Source: a virus
DNA: 64,000 nt
Direction: 5' to 3' (one strand)
Virus record (IMG/VR): IMGVR_UViG_3300025809_000014
Coordinates: 33,656 to 97,655 of that record
The translations under genes and the position numbers were made by a program. How positions within the stretch are numbered: position 1 is the first letter of the stretch; every line of letters begins with the position of its first letter. This document shows positions 8,572 through 18,613 of the stretch, piece after piece. The notes below the pieces were generated by a model. It was not told the DNA's origin and did not search any database. It saw only the letters and a list, made by a program, of their open reading frames with translations.

Positions 8572-8607
8572 TTTGTTTCTGTTTTTAATGGATTAATATT
8601 TGTCATA

Positions 8608-8763
8608 GGGGGCTACCCCAATGCTCCAATTTTTACGTGGGGTCTCTGAGGGGGAGGGGTCTCCTATGTTACACACACGATGGGGTGGGGCGTTTTTAAA
8701 AAAAAGTTTTCAGAAAATTTGGTTGGCATCACAAAAATGTTATACCTTTGGAGGGTGGGTGGG
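8608..8763 (+). other. G-tract cluster at the strand switch (candidate terminus/origin/packaging region)
   Basis: GGGGGCTACCCC, GGGG, GGGGGAGGGG, GGGGTGGGG, GGAGGGTGGGTGGG in an otherwise AT-rich genome. Confidence 0.5.
8718..8750 (+). promoter_or_regulatory. Bacteroidota-type promoter for the rightward arm
   Basis: TTTG (8718-8721), 21 nt, TACCTTTG (8743-8750); a second -7 box TATATTTG at 8869-8876. Confidence 0.6.
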
Positions 8764-8910
8764 TTTAGTTAATACCACTTATAAAGTTCCAAGAAAGGAA
8801 AAAAAGAAATGTTAGACATAATATAGCATTGAAAAACAAAGAGATGTAGAACATTAAAATATTTATTGTATATTTGTGATGTACATATGTATAATAAGAA
8901 TAACTAAATC

Positions 8911-9369
8911 ATGGAAGAAAGAAAGATAGTCATACAAAAGCTACAGAAAAGCTTAAGTGATGAATATGCTATAGCTCAAAAGTATTATTCTATACTATCA
9001 GCTATAAACAATCTTGGTCTTACTAAACGTGAGATTGAGTTAGTAGCATTTACAGCTGTCAAGGGTACAATATCTTATGCTAATGCAAGAACACAATTTT
9101 GTGATAAGTACAAAACAACAACAGCAACAATCAATAACATTGTATCTAAGCTCAAGAAGATAGGTATATTTGTAAAGGAGTCAGGTAAGGTGAAGGTTAA
9201 TCCCATCATCGTTTTAGACTTCAAAAAAAATTTAAACTTAGTAGTAAAGATAGTGCACTATGAAGAAACCGAAAGACATGACACTCAGAGAGTGGATAGT
9301 AAGGAAGATGTCAACAAAGGTGGTGATATCAGAAAGAGTGATAAACCAAGTGATAACACACCAATTTGA
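8911..9369 (+). CDS. putative winged-HTH DNA-binding protein
   Basis: LTKREIELVAF...TTATINNIVSKLKKIGIFVKESGKVKVNP, wHTH-like pattern. Confidence 0.6.
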   Translation: MEERKIVIQKLQKSLSDEYAIAQKYYSILSAINNLGLTKREIELVAFTAVKGTISYANARTQFCDKYKTTTATINNIVSKLKKIGIFVKESGKVKVNPIIVLDFKKNLNLVVKIVHYEETERHDTQRVDSKEDVNKGGDIRKSDKPSDNTPI

Positions 9370-9625
9370 TGGTCTTCATGATGCTTTAAAAACAAACAAT
9401 AGTGTAGAACTTTCTGGGTTTGGTAAGTTTTTATTCAATAAGAAGAAAGCAAAGAAACATGTAAGTAAACTTGAAAAGATTAAACTTGGATACGAAAAGG
9501 TGATAGCAGATGAGAGCACCCCAGAAAAAAAATTAAATTTTATAAAGAGTAAACTAAGTAGACTAAACCTAACATTGATGTCATTAAAACCAAAACTAGA
9601 TGATCAAGATAAAGGAAATATATGA
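9260..9625 (+). CDS. HU/IHF-like DNA-binding protein
   Basis: ISERVINQVI...DALKTNNSVELSGFGKF, HU/IHF signature. Confidence 0.7.
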   Translation: MKKPKDMTLREWIVRKMSTKVVISERVINQVITHQFDGLHDALKTNNSVELSGFGKFLFNKKKAKKHVSKLEKIKLGYEKVIADESTPEKKLNFIKSKLSRLNLTLMSLKPKLDDQDKGNI

Positions 9626-9899
9626 AGGTTGGAGAAATAACCTTTTACCTCCAGAGAAACTAAAGGAGCAGATAGCTGTGGTGAGTGCAGATCGCCTAGC
9701 AATATGTAATGAATGCGAAAATCATTCTAAGAATCACTCCAATATACGACCAGATGCACACTGTATGGCTTGTGGTTGTACACTCTCTGCAAAGAGTAAA
9801 TGTTTATCATGCTCTTGCCCTATCGAAAAATGGAAAGCTGTATTAACAGAGAATGAAGAACACGAATATAACAAACATGAAGCATCTAAAGTTAAATAA
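9600..9899 (+). CDS. Cys-rich phage protein
   Basis: RLAICNECE...CMACGCTLSAKSKCLSCSCPIEKW. Confidence 0.7.
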   Translation: MIKIKEIYEGWRNNLLPPEKLKEQIAVVSADRLAICNECENHSKNHSNIRPDAHCMACGCTLSAKSKCLSCSCPIEKWKAVLTENEEHEYNKHEASKVK

Positions 9900-10149
9900 A
9901 ATACCAGTGACATCACTTATTCATGTACTAACTAAGTTATATGAAGAAGGAGCAGACTTTATTGATATAGAAGGAGAACCAAGAGAGGATTCAGAAAATG
10001 ATGTAATAAAAGTTACAGTTAGACCTGAATATTATGATGGTGAATCAAAAACAGAAGAAACAGATCCAGAATATTTATTTACAGAAGTTAAACCACCTGA
10101 GGAAGATATAAACCCTATATCTGATGAAGACATAAATGATCTGATATAA
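9877..10149 (+). CDS. acidic hypothetical protein
   Basis: Track ORF 9853..10149; second ATG (MKHLKLNK) preferred. Confidence 0.7.
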   Translation: MKHLKLNKIPVTSLIHVLTKLYEEGADFIDIEGEPREDSENDVIKVTVRPEYYDGESKTEETDPEYLFTEVKPPEEDINPISDEDINDLI

Positions 10150-10151
10150 AC

Positions 10152-10433
10152 ATGAGTGCAACATATTACCACAAAATAACTAAATTACTAGCAGAACTTA
10201 AAAGAGATCATCCCTCTCTAAGTCTAGGAAAACACTTAGCTACATCATTCGATGGTCTAGAAACTAAGTATTTATGGGGATTAACAGATAAGAACCTATA
10301 TCACACATTACAAAAATATCAAATTAGTATAGATATGGATGTACCTCATGATGAGTCTGAGATAGATAAGATACTACGAGATGGTATGAGAATCAGTAAC
10401 ATTCATGAATTAAATGACGATGATGGATACTAA
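10152..10433 (+). CDS. hypothetical protein
   Basis: 93-aa ORF in operon. Confidence 0.7.
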   Translation: MSATYYHKITKLLAELKRDHPSLSLGKHLATSFDGLETKYLWGLTDKNLYHTLQKYQISIDMDVPHDESEIDKILRDGMRISNIHELNDDDGY

Positions 10434-10486
10434 TAGTAATCTCATCTTCATATATTGGGAAGATGGGTGGAATGAACAAAATACAA

Positions 10487-10819
10487 ATGGCAAAGAAAAC
10501 TACATACATAAACGCTGAGCTTGATTGGGCAGAACAACAACTACTTTCTTGGAAAGAGTATGTTGATGCTAATCCATTACATAAGCTTGAAGATAGGGTG
10601 AAATACAAAGAAACATCAAATGGAGGACAAATTCCAATGGTTGTTGCAAGTATTGAGTCCCAAGGTAAATTTGTTCAAGATACAATGAAAAACTACCTAT
10701 CTCTATTAGAACAAGTTGATAAACTACGTGAGAAAGAAGAAAAGAAGAAAATAGAAACAAGAGGTGGTCAAGAATTAGGATCTATGGCTGAAGAGTTTAT
10801 CAAGAGTAGAAAAGAATGA
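10487..10819 (+). CDS. hypothetical protein, candidate terminase small subunit
   Basis: Helical ~110 aa protein ending ..ETRGGQEL.., ATGA overlap with terL; function inferred from position only (track start 10463). Confidence 0.5.
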   Translation: MAKKTTYINAELDWAEQQLLSWKEYVDANPLHKLEDRVKYKETSNGGQIPMVVASIESQGKFVQDTMKNYLSLLEQVDKLREKEEKKKIETRGGQELGSMAEEFIKSRKE

Positions 10820-12837
10820 AACTAAAAAGCATAGACTATAAGGATTGGATGATTAATCAGAAAAGAATTCCTGATAAAGATTCTGAAGAATACAAACCTT
10901 TCTATGACTTTCATAAAGAGTTATGTATGAACGGATGTATGATGGATGGTACATATATAAACCCATTCCTATACTGGCACTTAAATGCTTGGCATACAGA
11001 AGTTGATATTATAGATGAATATGGTAGAATCAATCAGAAGTATGCTAACCCACTACTTAGAGATAATGAATGGTTAGTAACTAATGAAATAGATAGAGCC
11101 CATAAAGAAAAGAAAGGATTAGTAATACTAGGAATTAGACGTTTTGCTAAATCTGTAATAGAAGCAAGTTATATTGCTCAAGGTGCAACCTTTGATGAAA
11201 ACTCTCAGAATATTATTGCAGGACTAAACGCACCTGATATTAAACTTATTACTGATAAGATTGATAAAGGTTTAAACTTTTTACCTAAAGCTTGGAGGTG
11301 GCAGAGAGTAGAAGATAACTGGAAAAATCAAGTTACCTTAGGAATTAAAACTAGAGGTGGTGAAAGAATTCCATTTTCACAAATACTTGTTCGTAACTTA
11401 GATGATGGTAACAATGAAGAGGCTATTGCAGGTACAAAACCTAGAAGACTAATCATTGATGAAATAGGTAAAGGATCTTTTCTTCGTGGACTACAAGCTG
11501 CAATACCTGGATTTACAACACCATTTGGATGGGGATGTAGTCCTATACTTACAGGAACAGGTGGAGATATGAAAAAGTTCATGGATGCAAAATCTTTAAT
11601 GTTTGATGTAGATAACTTTAACTTTCTTACATACAATAATGCAAAAGATAATAAACGTATACACGGATTATTCATCTCACATAAATATAGAATGGAAGCT
11701 AAAGAGGATTCAACTCTTGGAGCTTTTTTAGATAAGCCTAAATCATCTGAACTGCACAATGTAGAGATGATGGTATCTAATGAAGAACTAGCTAATAAAG
11801 TTACTAATGAAAACTTAGAAAGATTAAAAAAGGCTGGAGATAGACTAGCTTATCTAAAAGAAAAGATGTACTATCCACAAGAGGTAGATGATATATTCTT
11901 AAATGAAGACACAAACATCTTTGATATAGAAGCAGCTAAACGTCAGAAGCATAGATTAATAGAAGGTGAAAGAACAGGAACTCCTGTTATATTATATGAT
12001 GATGGTGAAGGTGTAAAGCATGATTTTACAGATAAGCGCCCTATTCTTAACTTTCCATTGAAGCATACAGATTTAAAAGATGCTCCTGTAATTATTTATG
12101 AATTTCCTGTAGATGATCCACCTTATGGCCTATATGTTGCAGGTATTGACCCTTATAGACAGGGTAAATCAGCATATAGTTCATCATTAGGATCAGTATA
12201 CATATATAAACGTATGCATGCTATATCTGGTGAGAAATACCAAGATATGTTTGTAGCTAGTTATTGTGCACGTCCAGATAAGAAAGAAACCTGGGAAAAT
12301 CAAGCACGATACTTAATAAAATATTACAATGCAAGAGCATTGTGTGAAAATGATGAAATATCATTTATAGATCACATGATAAGTAAAGGAGATGCTCAAT
12401 ATTTGGAAAGACAACCTACATGGTTAAAAGAAATAGTACCAAACACTACCGTAAGACGTGATTATGGTATACATAGATCATCTGAAAAGATTAGAGACTT
12501 CTTACATGGTTGTCTCAAGAAGTACACAGAAGAAATTGTACACTCTGAGACTAACGAAGATGGTGAGGTTGTTTCTCAAATTAAAGGTATGGCTAAAGTG
12601 TTAGATCCTGTACTACTAGAAGAAATGATACAGTATAATGAATCAGGTAACTTTGACCGAATCATTGCAGCTGAGTTAGCAATTGCGCTAGCTATGAAAC
12701 TAGATCCCATTCTTGGAAAAGCAGGGGAACAACAGGATGTAAGATTAACATCTATGGTCAACCGAAACAAAAAAAATAAACTATTTACACAATCCAGAGG
12801 GTTGTTTAATAGAAAGAAAAATAAACTTTTTTCATAA
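10816..12837 (+). CDS. terL: terminase large subunit
   Basis: ATPase: GIRRFAKS, LIIDEIGK, LTGTGGD; RNase H-like nuclease: YVAGIDPY, CEND, GNFDRI; followed by portal. Confidence 0.92.
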   Translation: MKLKSIDYKDWMINQKRIPDKDSEEYKPFYDFHKELCMNGCMMDGTYINPFLYWHLNAWHTEVDIIDEYGRINQKYANPLLRDNEWLVTNEIDRAHKEKKGLVILGIRRFAKSVIEASYIAQGATFDENSQNIIAGLNAPDIKLITDKIDKGLNFLPKAWRWQRVEDNWKNQVTLGIKTRGGERIPFSQILVRNLDDGNNEEAIAGTKPRRLIIDEIGKGSFLRGLQAAIPGFTTPFGWGCSPILTGTGGDMKKFMDAKSLMFDVDNFNFLTYNNAKDNKRIHGLFISHKYRMEAKEDSTLGAFLDKPKSSELHNVEMMVSNEELANKVTNENLERLKKAGDRLAYLKEKMYYPQEVDDIFLNEDTNIFDIEAAKRQKHRLIEGERTGTPVILYDDGEGVKHDFTDKRPILNFPLKHTDLKDAPVIIYEFPVDDPPYGLYVAGIDPYRQGKSAYSSSLGSVYIYKRMHAISGEKYQDMFVASYCARPDKKETWENQARYLIKYYNARALCENDEISFIDHMISKGDAQYLERQPTWLKEIVPNTTVRRDYGIHRSSEKIRDFLHGCLKKYTEEIVHSETNEDGEVVSQIKGMAKVLDPVLLEEMIQYNESGNFDRIIAAELAIALAMKLDPILGKAGEQQDVRLTSMVNRNKKNKLFTQSRGLFNRKKNKLFS

Positions 12838-15422
12838 TGGCAATTATAAGATATACAAAAGAAGACAATGTCAAGTATGCTTACCTAAACATCTTTCCTG
12901 ACCAGTTTAAAACTGAGAAGCAGAAGAAAGATGATAGTTGGGTAAAGAATACTATGGATTACTTTGCAAATAAGGCATATTCAGAATATGTAAAAAATAG
13001 AGACACATTTGTAAAGAACTATGATCTCATGAAAGGAATATTAAGAAAAGAAGATTTCTTAATTGATGAGCCAGAGGTTAAAAGTTTTACAGATATGTTA
13101 GAGAAAGATATAGATCTTCCTGCATATGTAAAACATTATTCAATCATTACTACTCCTGTAAACGAACTAGTGGGTGAGATATCAAAACGCCCTGATTCAT
13201 TTAGAGTGAAAGCATTTGATGATGACAGTCAAGCCCAAGAGTTACAGTTTAAAACAGATACATTACAAGCTTATATAATCAATCAAGTTAAACAGCAAGT
13301 GATGGCAAAAGCTTCCATAAGTGGTCAAGAAGTATCTATGGAAGATATTGAGGCAATCACTATGGAGCAAGTAAAAGATCAGCTAGATAGTTACACATCT
13401 GTTGCTGAAAAGTGGGCTAATCACACACTTACATCAAATAAAGCAGACTTTAACGTAAAAGAAATGTCAGAGGATGCTTTTAGAGATTTACTAATATCTG
13501 CAAGAGAGTTTTATCACATATATGAAGATAACTCTAAACTTGGATTTAACATAGAAGTGGCTAACCCAAAGAACACTTGGTTTCTTACAACACCAGATAA
13601 AAAATATATATCAGATCCAACAGGAAGATCACAAGGAGCATATGCTGCAGGTACTGTTGAGGTTATGGAAATCTCAGAAATCATTGAAGCTTTTCCAGAT
13701 CTAACTAAAGAAGAGATTGATCATTTAAGAAGTTCATTACAAGACTATGGACTAATTGATGTACAAGAGTCAAACCTTGGTAATCCAAGTGTTGATCCTG
13801 GAATAGATTCTATAAACTATGATACATATGATCCATTAATCTTACAGACACGTATGATTATTGAGTCAGAGATGAAAGAGAACAACGATGGATTGCAGGA
13901 CTTTTTAGGTCTTACATCTAATGTGTCTTCATTTGGATACAAGTATGTTGTTGTAAGAAGCTATTGGATATCTAAAAGAAAAATAGGTAAACTTATTTAT
14001 ATAGACGAATTAGGTAATGAACAATCAACTCTTGTAGATGAAACATACAAGTCAGGTGATATGCCTACACAAATATCTCTAGAATGGGGATGGGTTAACC
14101 AATGGTATCAAGGAACTAAGATTGGTCCAGATATTTATCATGTTAAACCATATAAACTTCTAAACTATTGCCCAATTATAGGTACTACGTATGAAGTAAA
14201 GAACACAGAGGCACGATCTCTAGTAGATCTAATGAAACCCTTCCAAGTTATTTATAACGTCTGTATGAATCAATTATACAAGCTTCTAGAAAAAGAAGTT
14301 GGTAAGGTTCAATTAATGTCACTTAGACATATCCCTGTTCCTAAAGATGGAGATGCACAAGATGCACTTGATATTTGGGAAATGGAAGCTCGTGAACGTG
14401 GTGTTGTATTTGTTGATGACAGTCCAGAGAATCTTAAGAGTCCAAGTTCATTTAATCAATTTACATCTTTAGATCTTACAAGAACACAAGAGATACAAGC
14501 TCGTTATACACTAGCACAACAAATGAAGGTAGAATGCTGGGAACTGATTGGTATGTCTAAACAACGTATGGGATCAGTGGCTGCATCAGAAACAGCTACA
14601 GGTACAAGAACAGCAATGCAACAAAGTTATTCTCAGACAGAGCCTCTATTTATTGCTCATGAGTATGTGTTGGGTCAACTATACCAATCTATTATTGATG
14701 CATCTTTATATGTTGAAAGTTCTAAACCAGAATCTACCCTGTCATATATAACAAACGAAGGAGAATCTGCATTTGTTCAAGTGAATGGATCAGAGTTAAA
14801 ACTTCGTGACTTAAAAGTGTTCTTAACTAATAGACCTGAGGATACTCAAATGTTTAATGAACTTAGACAACTATCTCAAGCTATTATTCAGAACGGTGGC
14901 ACACTTTATGATGTAATCGAGCTTTACAGTACTAAGTCTATGAGAGATATGAAGAAAACTTTCAAGGATCTTAGAGATAGACAAGTACAACAGCAGCAAC
15001 AACAGATGGAGTTGCAACAAAAACAACAAGAGCAACAAGGTCAAATTGCACAAGCTCAAATGCAAGAAGCTGCTAGAATGACTCAAGAGAAACAAGCTAA
15101 TGAAAACTTACAAAACGAACTAGATCGTGTGAACAAAAAAGAGATTGCAATGATAAATGCAATGTCTAAAGAAGGTGGAGCAAGTGCTGATCTTGATGAC
15201 TCAGGTACACCAGATTCACTAGAGATAGAGAAATTAGCATCTCAACAATCTAAAGCTCAAAAAGATTATGAAAGTAAAATGGCTGATATAAATTCAAAAA
15301 ATACTTTAGCTCAGCAAAAGTTACAGATTGAAAGAGAGAAAATAAAATTAGCTCGTGACAATCAAGCAAATGATCTTGCTGTAGCAAAAGAAAATGCAAA
15401 AGGTAGAAATAAGAAAAACTAA
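12837..15422 (+). CDS. portal protein (crAss-like)
   Basis: 861 aa after terL; HYSIITTPVNELVGE, SLVDLMKPFQVIYN, IGMSKQRMGSV, Gln-rich coiled-coil barrel at C-terminus. Confidence 0.88.
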   Translation: MAIIRYTKEDNVKYAYLNIFPDQFKTEKQKKDDSWVKNTMDYFANKAYSEYVKNRDTFVKNYDLMKGILRKEDFLIDEPEVKSFTDMLEKDIDLPAYVKHYSIITTPVNELVGEISKRPDSFRVKAFDDDSQAQELQFKTDTLQAYIINQVKQQVMAKASISGQEVSMEDIEAITMEQVKDQLDSYTSVAEKWANHTLTSNKADFNVKEMSEDAFRDLLISAREFYHIYEDNSKLGFNIEVANPKNTWFLTTPDKKYISDPTGRSQGAYAAGTVEVMEISEIIEAFPDLTKEEIDHLRSSLQDYGLIDVQESNLGNPSVDPGIDSINYDTYDPLILQTRMIIESEMKENNDGLQDFLGLTSNVSSFGYKYVVVRSYWISKRKIGKLIYIDELGNEQSTLVDETYKSGDMPTQISLEWGWVNQWYQGTKIGPDIYHVKPYKLLNYCPIIGTTYEVKNTEARSLVDLMKPFQVIYNVCMNQLYKLLEKEVGKVQLMSLRHIPVPKDGDAQDALDIWEMEARERGVVFVDDSPENLKSPSSFNQFTSLDLTRTQEIQARYTLAQQMKVECWELIGMSKQRMGSVAASETATGTRTAMQQSYSQTEPLFIAHEYVLGQLYQSIIDASLYVESSKPESTLSYITNEGESAFVQVNGSELKLRDLKVFLTNRPEDTQMFNELRQLSQAIIQNGGTLYDVIELYSTKSMRDMKKTFKDLRDRQVQQQQQQMELQQKQQEQQGQIAQAQMQEAARMTQEKQANENLQNELDRVNKKEIAMINAMSKEGGASADLDDSGTPDSLEIEKLASQQSKAQKDYESKMADINSKNTLAQQKLQIEREKIKLARDNQANDLAVAKENAKGRNKKN

Positions 15423-15496
15423 TTAATTAAATTAGGAGAGTAGAAAATATTAATGCTATATTATCTAGAAAAGTTGTAAGAAAGGATAAAATATAC

Positions 15497-15527
15497 TTTG
15501 ATATTAGATACTCTTAGCTTAGTTTTA
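15497..15527 (+). promoter_or_regulatory. putative promoter for scaffold/capsid genes
   Basis: TTTG (15497-15500), 19 nt, TAGTTTTA (15520-15527; one mismatch). Confidence 0.45.
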
Positions 15528-15565
15528 CATAAGTAAACCAAATACATAACAAAATACAACTACAT

Positions 15566-16852
15566 ATGTCTGATAATTTAGATAAACTCGGTGATTTCGG
15601 TATTCAAGATACTGTTGAAGCTGGTGCAGGAGATACTCAATTATTGAATGATCTACTTGCTCCAGAAACTGCTTCAGGTGACCCTGATGATGTTGAACCT
15701 ATAGTGAATGAAATAGATTCTCCAAAACAGGAAGTAAACAATGATCCCCCAAGAGGTAAAGATATCACACCACCAAAAAGTGCGGATGGTAAAACTGATG
15801 AAGAAAAACAAACAGGAGAATCTTTAATAGCTGACTTTTTAAGTGATGTTCCAGAAGAGGAAGAGGCTGAGAAAGAAGTTACTTCTAAAAAAGAAACAAA
15901 AGCAAAAGATACACCTGTTGAGGAAGATGTTGAAGAAGATCTTGAAGAAGAGGAACCTAAAGAAGGAAATCAATTCACTGCATTAGCTAATGATTTATTT
16001 AACTTGGGAGTCTTTACAAAAGAGAACGAGGAAGAAGTATCAATAAATACTCCAGAAGAATTTCTAGAAAGATTTACTGCTGAAAAGAAAAAAGGAGCAT
16101 CTGAGATAGTTCAAAACTTCATTGGTCAATTTGGAGAAGATTACCAACAAGCCTTTGAATCTATCTTTGTAAAAGGTGTAGATCCTAAAGAGTATTTCGG
16201 AACATACAATCAAATTGTAAGTTTTACTGAAATGGATTTATCTAAAGAAAATAATCAAGTATCAATAATGAAACAAGCATTAGCTGATCAAGGATTTGAA
16301 CCAGAAGACATAGGTAAAGAAATTGAAAGATTACAAAATTACGGTGATTTAGAAGCCGTATCTACAAGACATCATAAGGTGTTAGTAAAGAAAGAAGCTA
16401 AAAAGCTTCAACAACTAGATAAAGAAGCTGAACAGGTTGAGCAACAAAAAGTTGCTATTAAGAGCCAATATGTAAATAATGTTCAGACTATTTTAAATGA
16501 TAAGCTAAAAGAAAAAGAGTTTGATGGTATTCCAATCAACCCTAACTTAGCAAACGAACTACAAGACTTCCTATTAGTAGACAAGTGGAAAACTCCTGCT
16601 GGAGAAAATCTCACTGACTTTGATCGTGCTATCTTAGATTTGAAAAGACCTGAGAATCATGAAATGAAAGTAAAGGTGGGGCTTTTGATGAAGATTTTAG
16701 AAAAAGATCCTACCCTAACTACTATACAGAGAACTGGTGTGACTAAAAAGTCCAATCAGTTATTTGGGGAAGTAGCTAGGCAAGTAACTAGGAGCAAGTC
16801 AGCTTCTAAGACTTCAAACAAAAAGACCAAACCTAATTCATGGTTTTTATAA
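15566..16852 (+). CDS. putative capsid scaffolding protein
   Basis: Highly acidic, low-complexity N-half, helical C-half; between portal and capsid genes. Confidence 0.7.
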   Translation: MSDNLDKLGDFGIQDTVEAGAGDTQLLNDLLAPETASGDPDDVEPIVNEIDSPKQEVNNDPPRGKDITPPKSADGKTDEEKQTGESLIADFLSDVPEEEEAEKEVTSKKETKAKDTPVEEDVEEDLEEEEPKEGNQFTALANDLFNLGVFTKENEEEVSINTPEEFLERFTAEKKKGASEIVQNFIGQFGEDYQQAFESIFVKGVDPKEYFGTYNQIVSFTEMDLSKENNQVSIMKQALADQGFEPEDIGKEIERLQNYGDLEAVSTRHHKVLVKKEAKKLQQLDKEAEQVEQQKVAIKSQYVNNVQTILNDKLKEKEFDGIPINPNLANELQDFLLVDKWKTPAGENLTDFDRAILDLKRPENHEMKVKVGLLMKILEKDPTLTTIQRTGVTKKSNQLFGEVARQVTRSKSASKTSNKKTKPNSWFL

Positions 16853-16878
16853 TAATTTAATAATTTAAAACGAATAAA

Positions 16879-18432
16879 ATGGCAATTCAAACAATCCCAG
16901 GTCTAACTGGTTTTACTTATGCACGAGTAGCTTCTATGGATAAGCGTGCTGTAGGAAAACTAACAGACGCAAATCACTTAGAGTCTTTCCACTCTACTGA
17001 GCCTGCGGACTATGATAAAAAGATTATCAGTCTGTATACTCAATCTTCATTGTATAGCAATGATTTCCTTGACATGATCAACAAAAGCACTCCTTATTAT
17101 ATTGATAATAATAGTGATGCTTGGAAATGGAAAATCGCTGTACCTTACAAATTCCCAAAAATCATTGATATTCCTGATTCAACAGCTGCTATGGCTAAAC
17201 CAGGTATTGATGGTCAAGAGTTTCAGTTAATACTTGATACTAACGAATTCTCTAAAAATGCTATTATATCTGTAGGAACACGTCAGTATGGACCACGTTT
17301 CTACGTAATTAAAGATCCACAGCCTTGGAATGCTGGATTTATTTACACATTTACTTTAGTAAGTGACAACCCAACTGTAGATTTTGTAAGCTCTACTTTC
17401 TTATCTACTGGTATCGAATTAGAATTAGTTGATGCTGCAATTGGAGAGTTTGACCAAGATTTATTAGGACTTCCAAGATTGGGCGAAGAGATCACTATGT
17501 TTGAATCATTAGGTTCTGCATATGGATACGAGCACAAAATTACTGAATGGGCTGATGACAAAATGTTACGTGATTCTTCAGGTAAAGCATTAGACATCTT
17601 AGTATATGCTCCACAAAGACGTAATCAACTACCTTTAACAAGAAATGATGTTAAATGGGAGCCTTTCGTTGAGTTCTGGATGCGTAAGTCTATGATAGAG
17701 TTGAAAGTTAAGAGAATGATCTGGGCTAAGCCTGGAACAGTTAAGACTAACGGTTCTAAACAAGAATTAAAAAGAACTTCTGCTGGTGTATACCACAGAA
17801 TGAGAAATAACGGAAACTTAGTACAATATAATAGAGGTGAGTTCTCTGCAAACTTGATTCGTTCAGTATTTGGAGACTTATTCTATAGAAGAGTAGACGT
17901 TAAAGATCGTAGAGTTAAAATGTATACTAATGAGGCTGGATTCGATGTATTCCAACAAGCTCTTAAAGATGATGCACTTAACTCTGGATTAACATTTATG
18001 GCTGATTCTGGAAACAGATACATGCAAGGAGAAGGACAGTCTATTACTTATAACTTTGCATTTGATGCAATGGTTACTCGTGAGACTGGACGTGTAGAAC
18101 TTGTTCACTTAAAAGAACTAGATTTGCCACAAACTAATCTAGAATTCGGACAAAACAAGAAGTCTACTCCTGTATTCATGGTATTTGATGTTTCTCCTCA
18201 GTCTGATGGATCAATGATCAACAACATCCGTGAGGTACGTATGAAGGGTGCACCTTCTATGACTTGGGGTTATATTGATGGAACTCGTCACCACTTAGGT
18301 TTTGCTAAGTCTCAAGGTATGAGCTCTGCTAATAAATTCCCAGGATACGAAATCTGGATGAAAGATCGTTGTGATGTATTCATCGAGGATTTATCTAGAA
18401 CTGTACTTATCGAAGAGATTCCACAGTTCTAA
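16879..18432 (+). CDS. major capsid protein
   Basis: 517 aa, position after portal/scaffold, followed by strong hairpins; motifs such as VKMYTNEAGF fit crAss-like capsid proteins. Confidence 0.85.
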   Translation: MAIQTIPGLTGFTYARVASMDKRAVGKLTDANHLESFHSTEPADYDKKIISLYTQSSLYSNDFLDMINKSTPYYIDNNSDAWKWKIAVPYKFPKIIDIPDSTAAMAKPGIDGQEFQLILDTNEFSKNAIISVGTRQYGPRFYVIKDPQPWNAGFIYTFTLVSDNPTVDFVSSTFLSTGIELELVDAAIGEFDQDLLGLPRLGEEITMFESLGSAYGYEHKITEWADDKMLRDSSGKALDILVYAPQRRNQLPLTRNDVKWEPFVEFWMRKSMIELKVKRMIWAKPGTVKTNGSKQELKRTSAGVYHRMRNNGNLVQYNRGEFSANLIRSVFGDLFYRRVDVKDRRVKMYTNEAGFDVFQQALKDDALNSGLTFMADSGNRYMQGEGQSITYNFAFDAMVTRETGRVELVHLKELDLPQTNLEFGQNKKSTPVFMVFDVSPQSDGSMINNIREVRMKGAPSMTWGYIDGTRHHLGFAKSQGMSSANKFPGYEIWMKDRCDVFIEDLSRTVLIEEIPQF

Positions 18433-18437
18433 AAAAA

Positions 18438-18577
18438 GAGATATAAAGTTGACTGTCCCTAGTCAACTTTTCTCAGAGAAGAGTCCCCTCATCCCACACT
18501 GTCCCTCCTCAGAGGGGATATTCTTCTCGATATAAGAATGCTGAATTAAGTTTCTACCTGTTCAATCAGAGCATTCT
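18438..18577 (+). ncRNA. three-hairpin structured element after the capsid gene (terminator plus candidate RNA motif)
   Basis: AAAGTTGACT/AGTCAACTTT, GAGAAGAGTCCCCTC/GAGGGGATATTCTTCTC, AGAATGCT/AGCATTCT; ACTGTCCCT recurs at the tips of the first two hairpins. Confidence 0.5.
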
Positions 18578-18613
18578 ACAAATAAATAAACCAAAAACTA
18601 ATTAAACTACATT

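Noticed and set aside
8621-8815. 64-aa ORF in the divergent region
   Set aside because: Runs through G-tracts and a promoter, atypical composition; likely spurious
2370-12837. Inteins or introns in polB and terL
   Set aside because: Both ORFs are continuous, of normal length, with no splice-junction or endonuclease motifs seen
14985-15065. Poly-Gln repeat expansion in the portal
   Set aside because: Gln-rich helical barrels are ordinary in podophage portals
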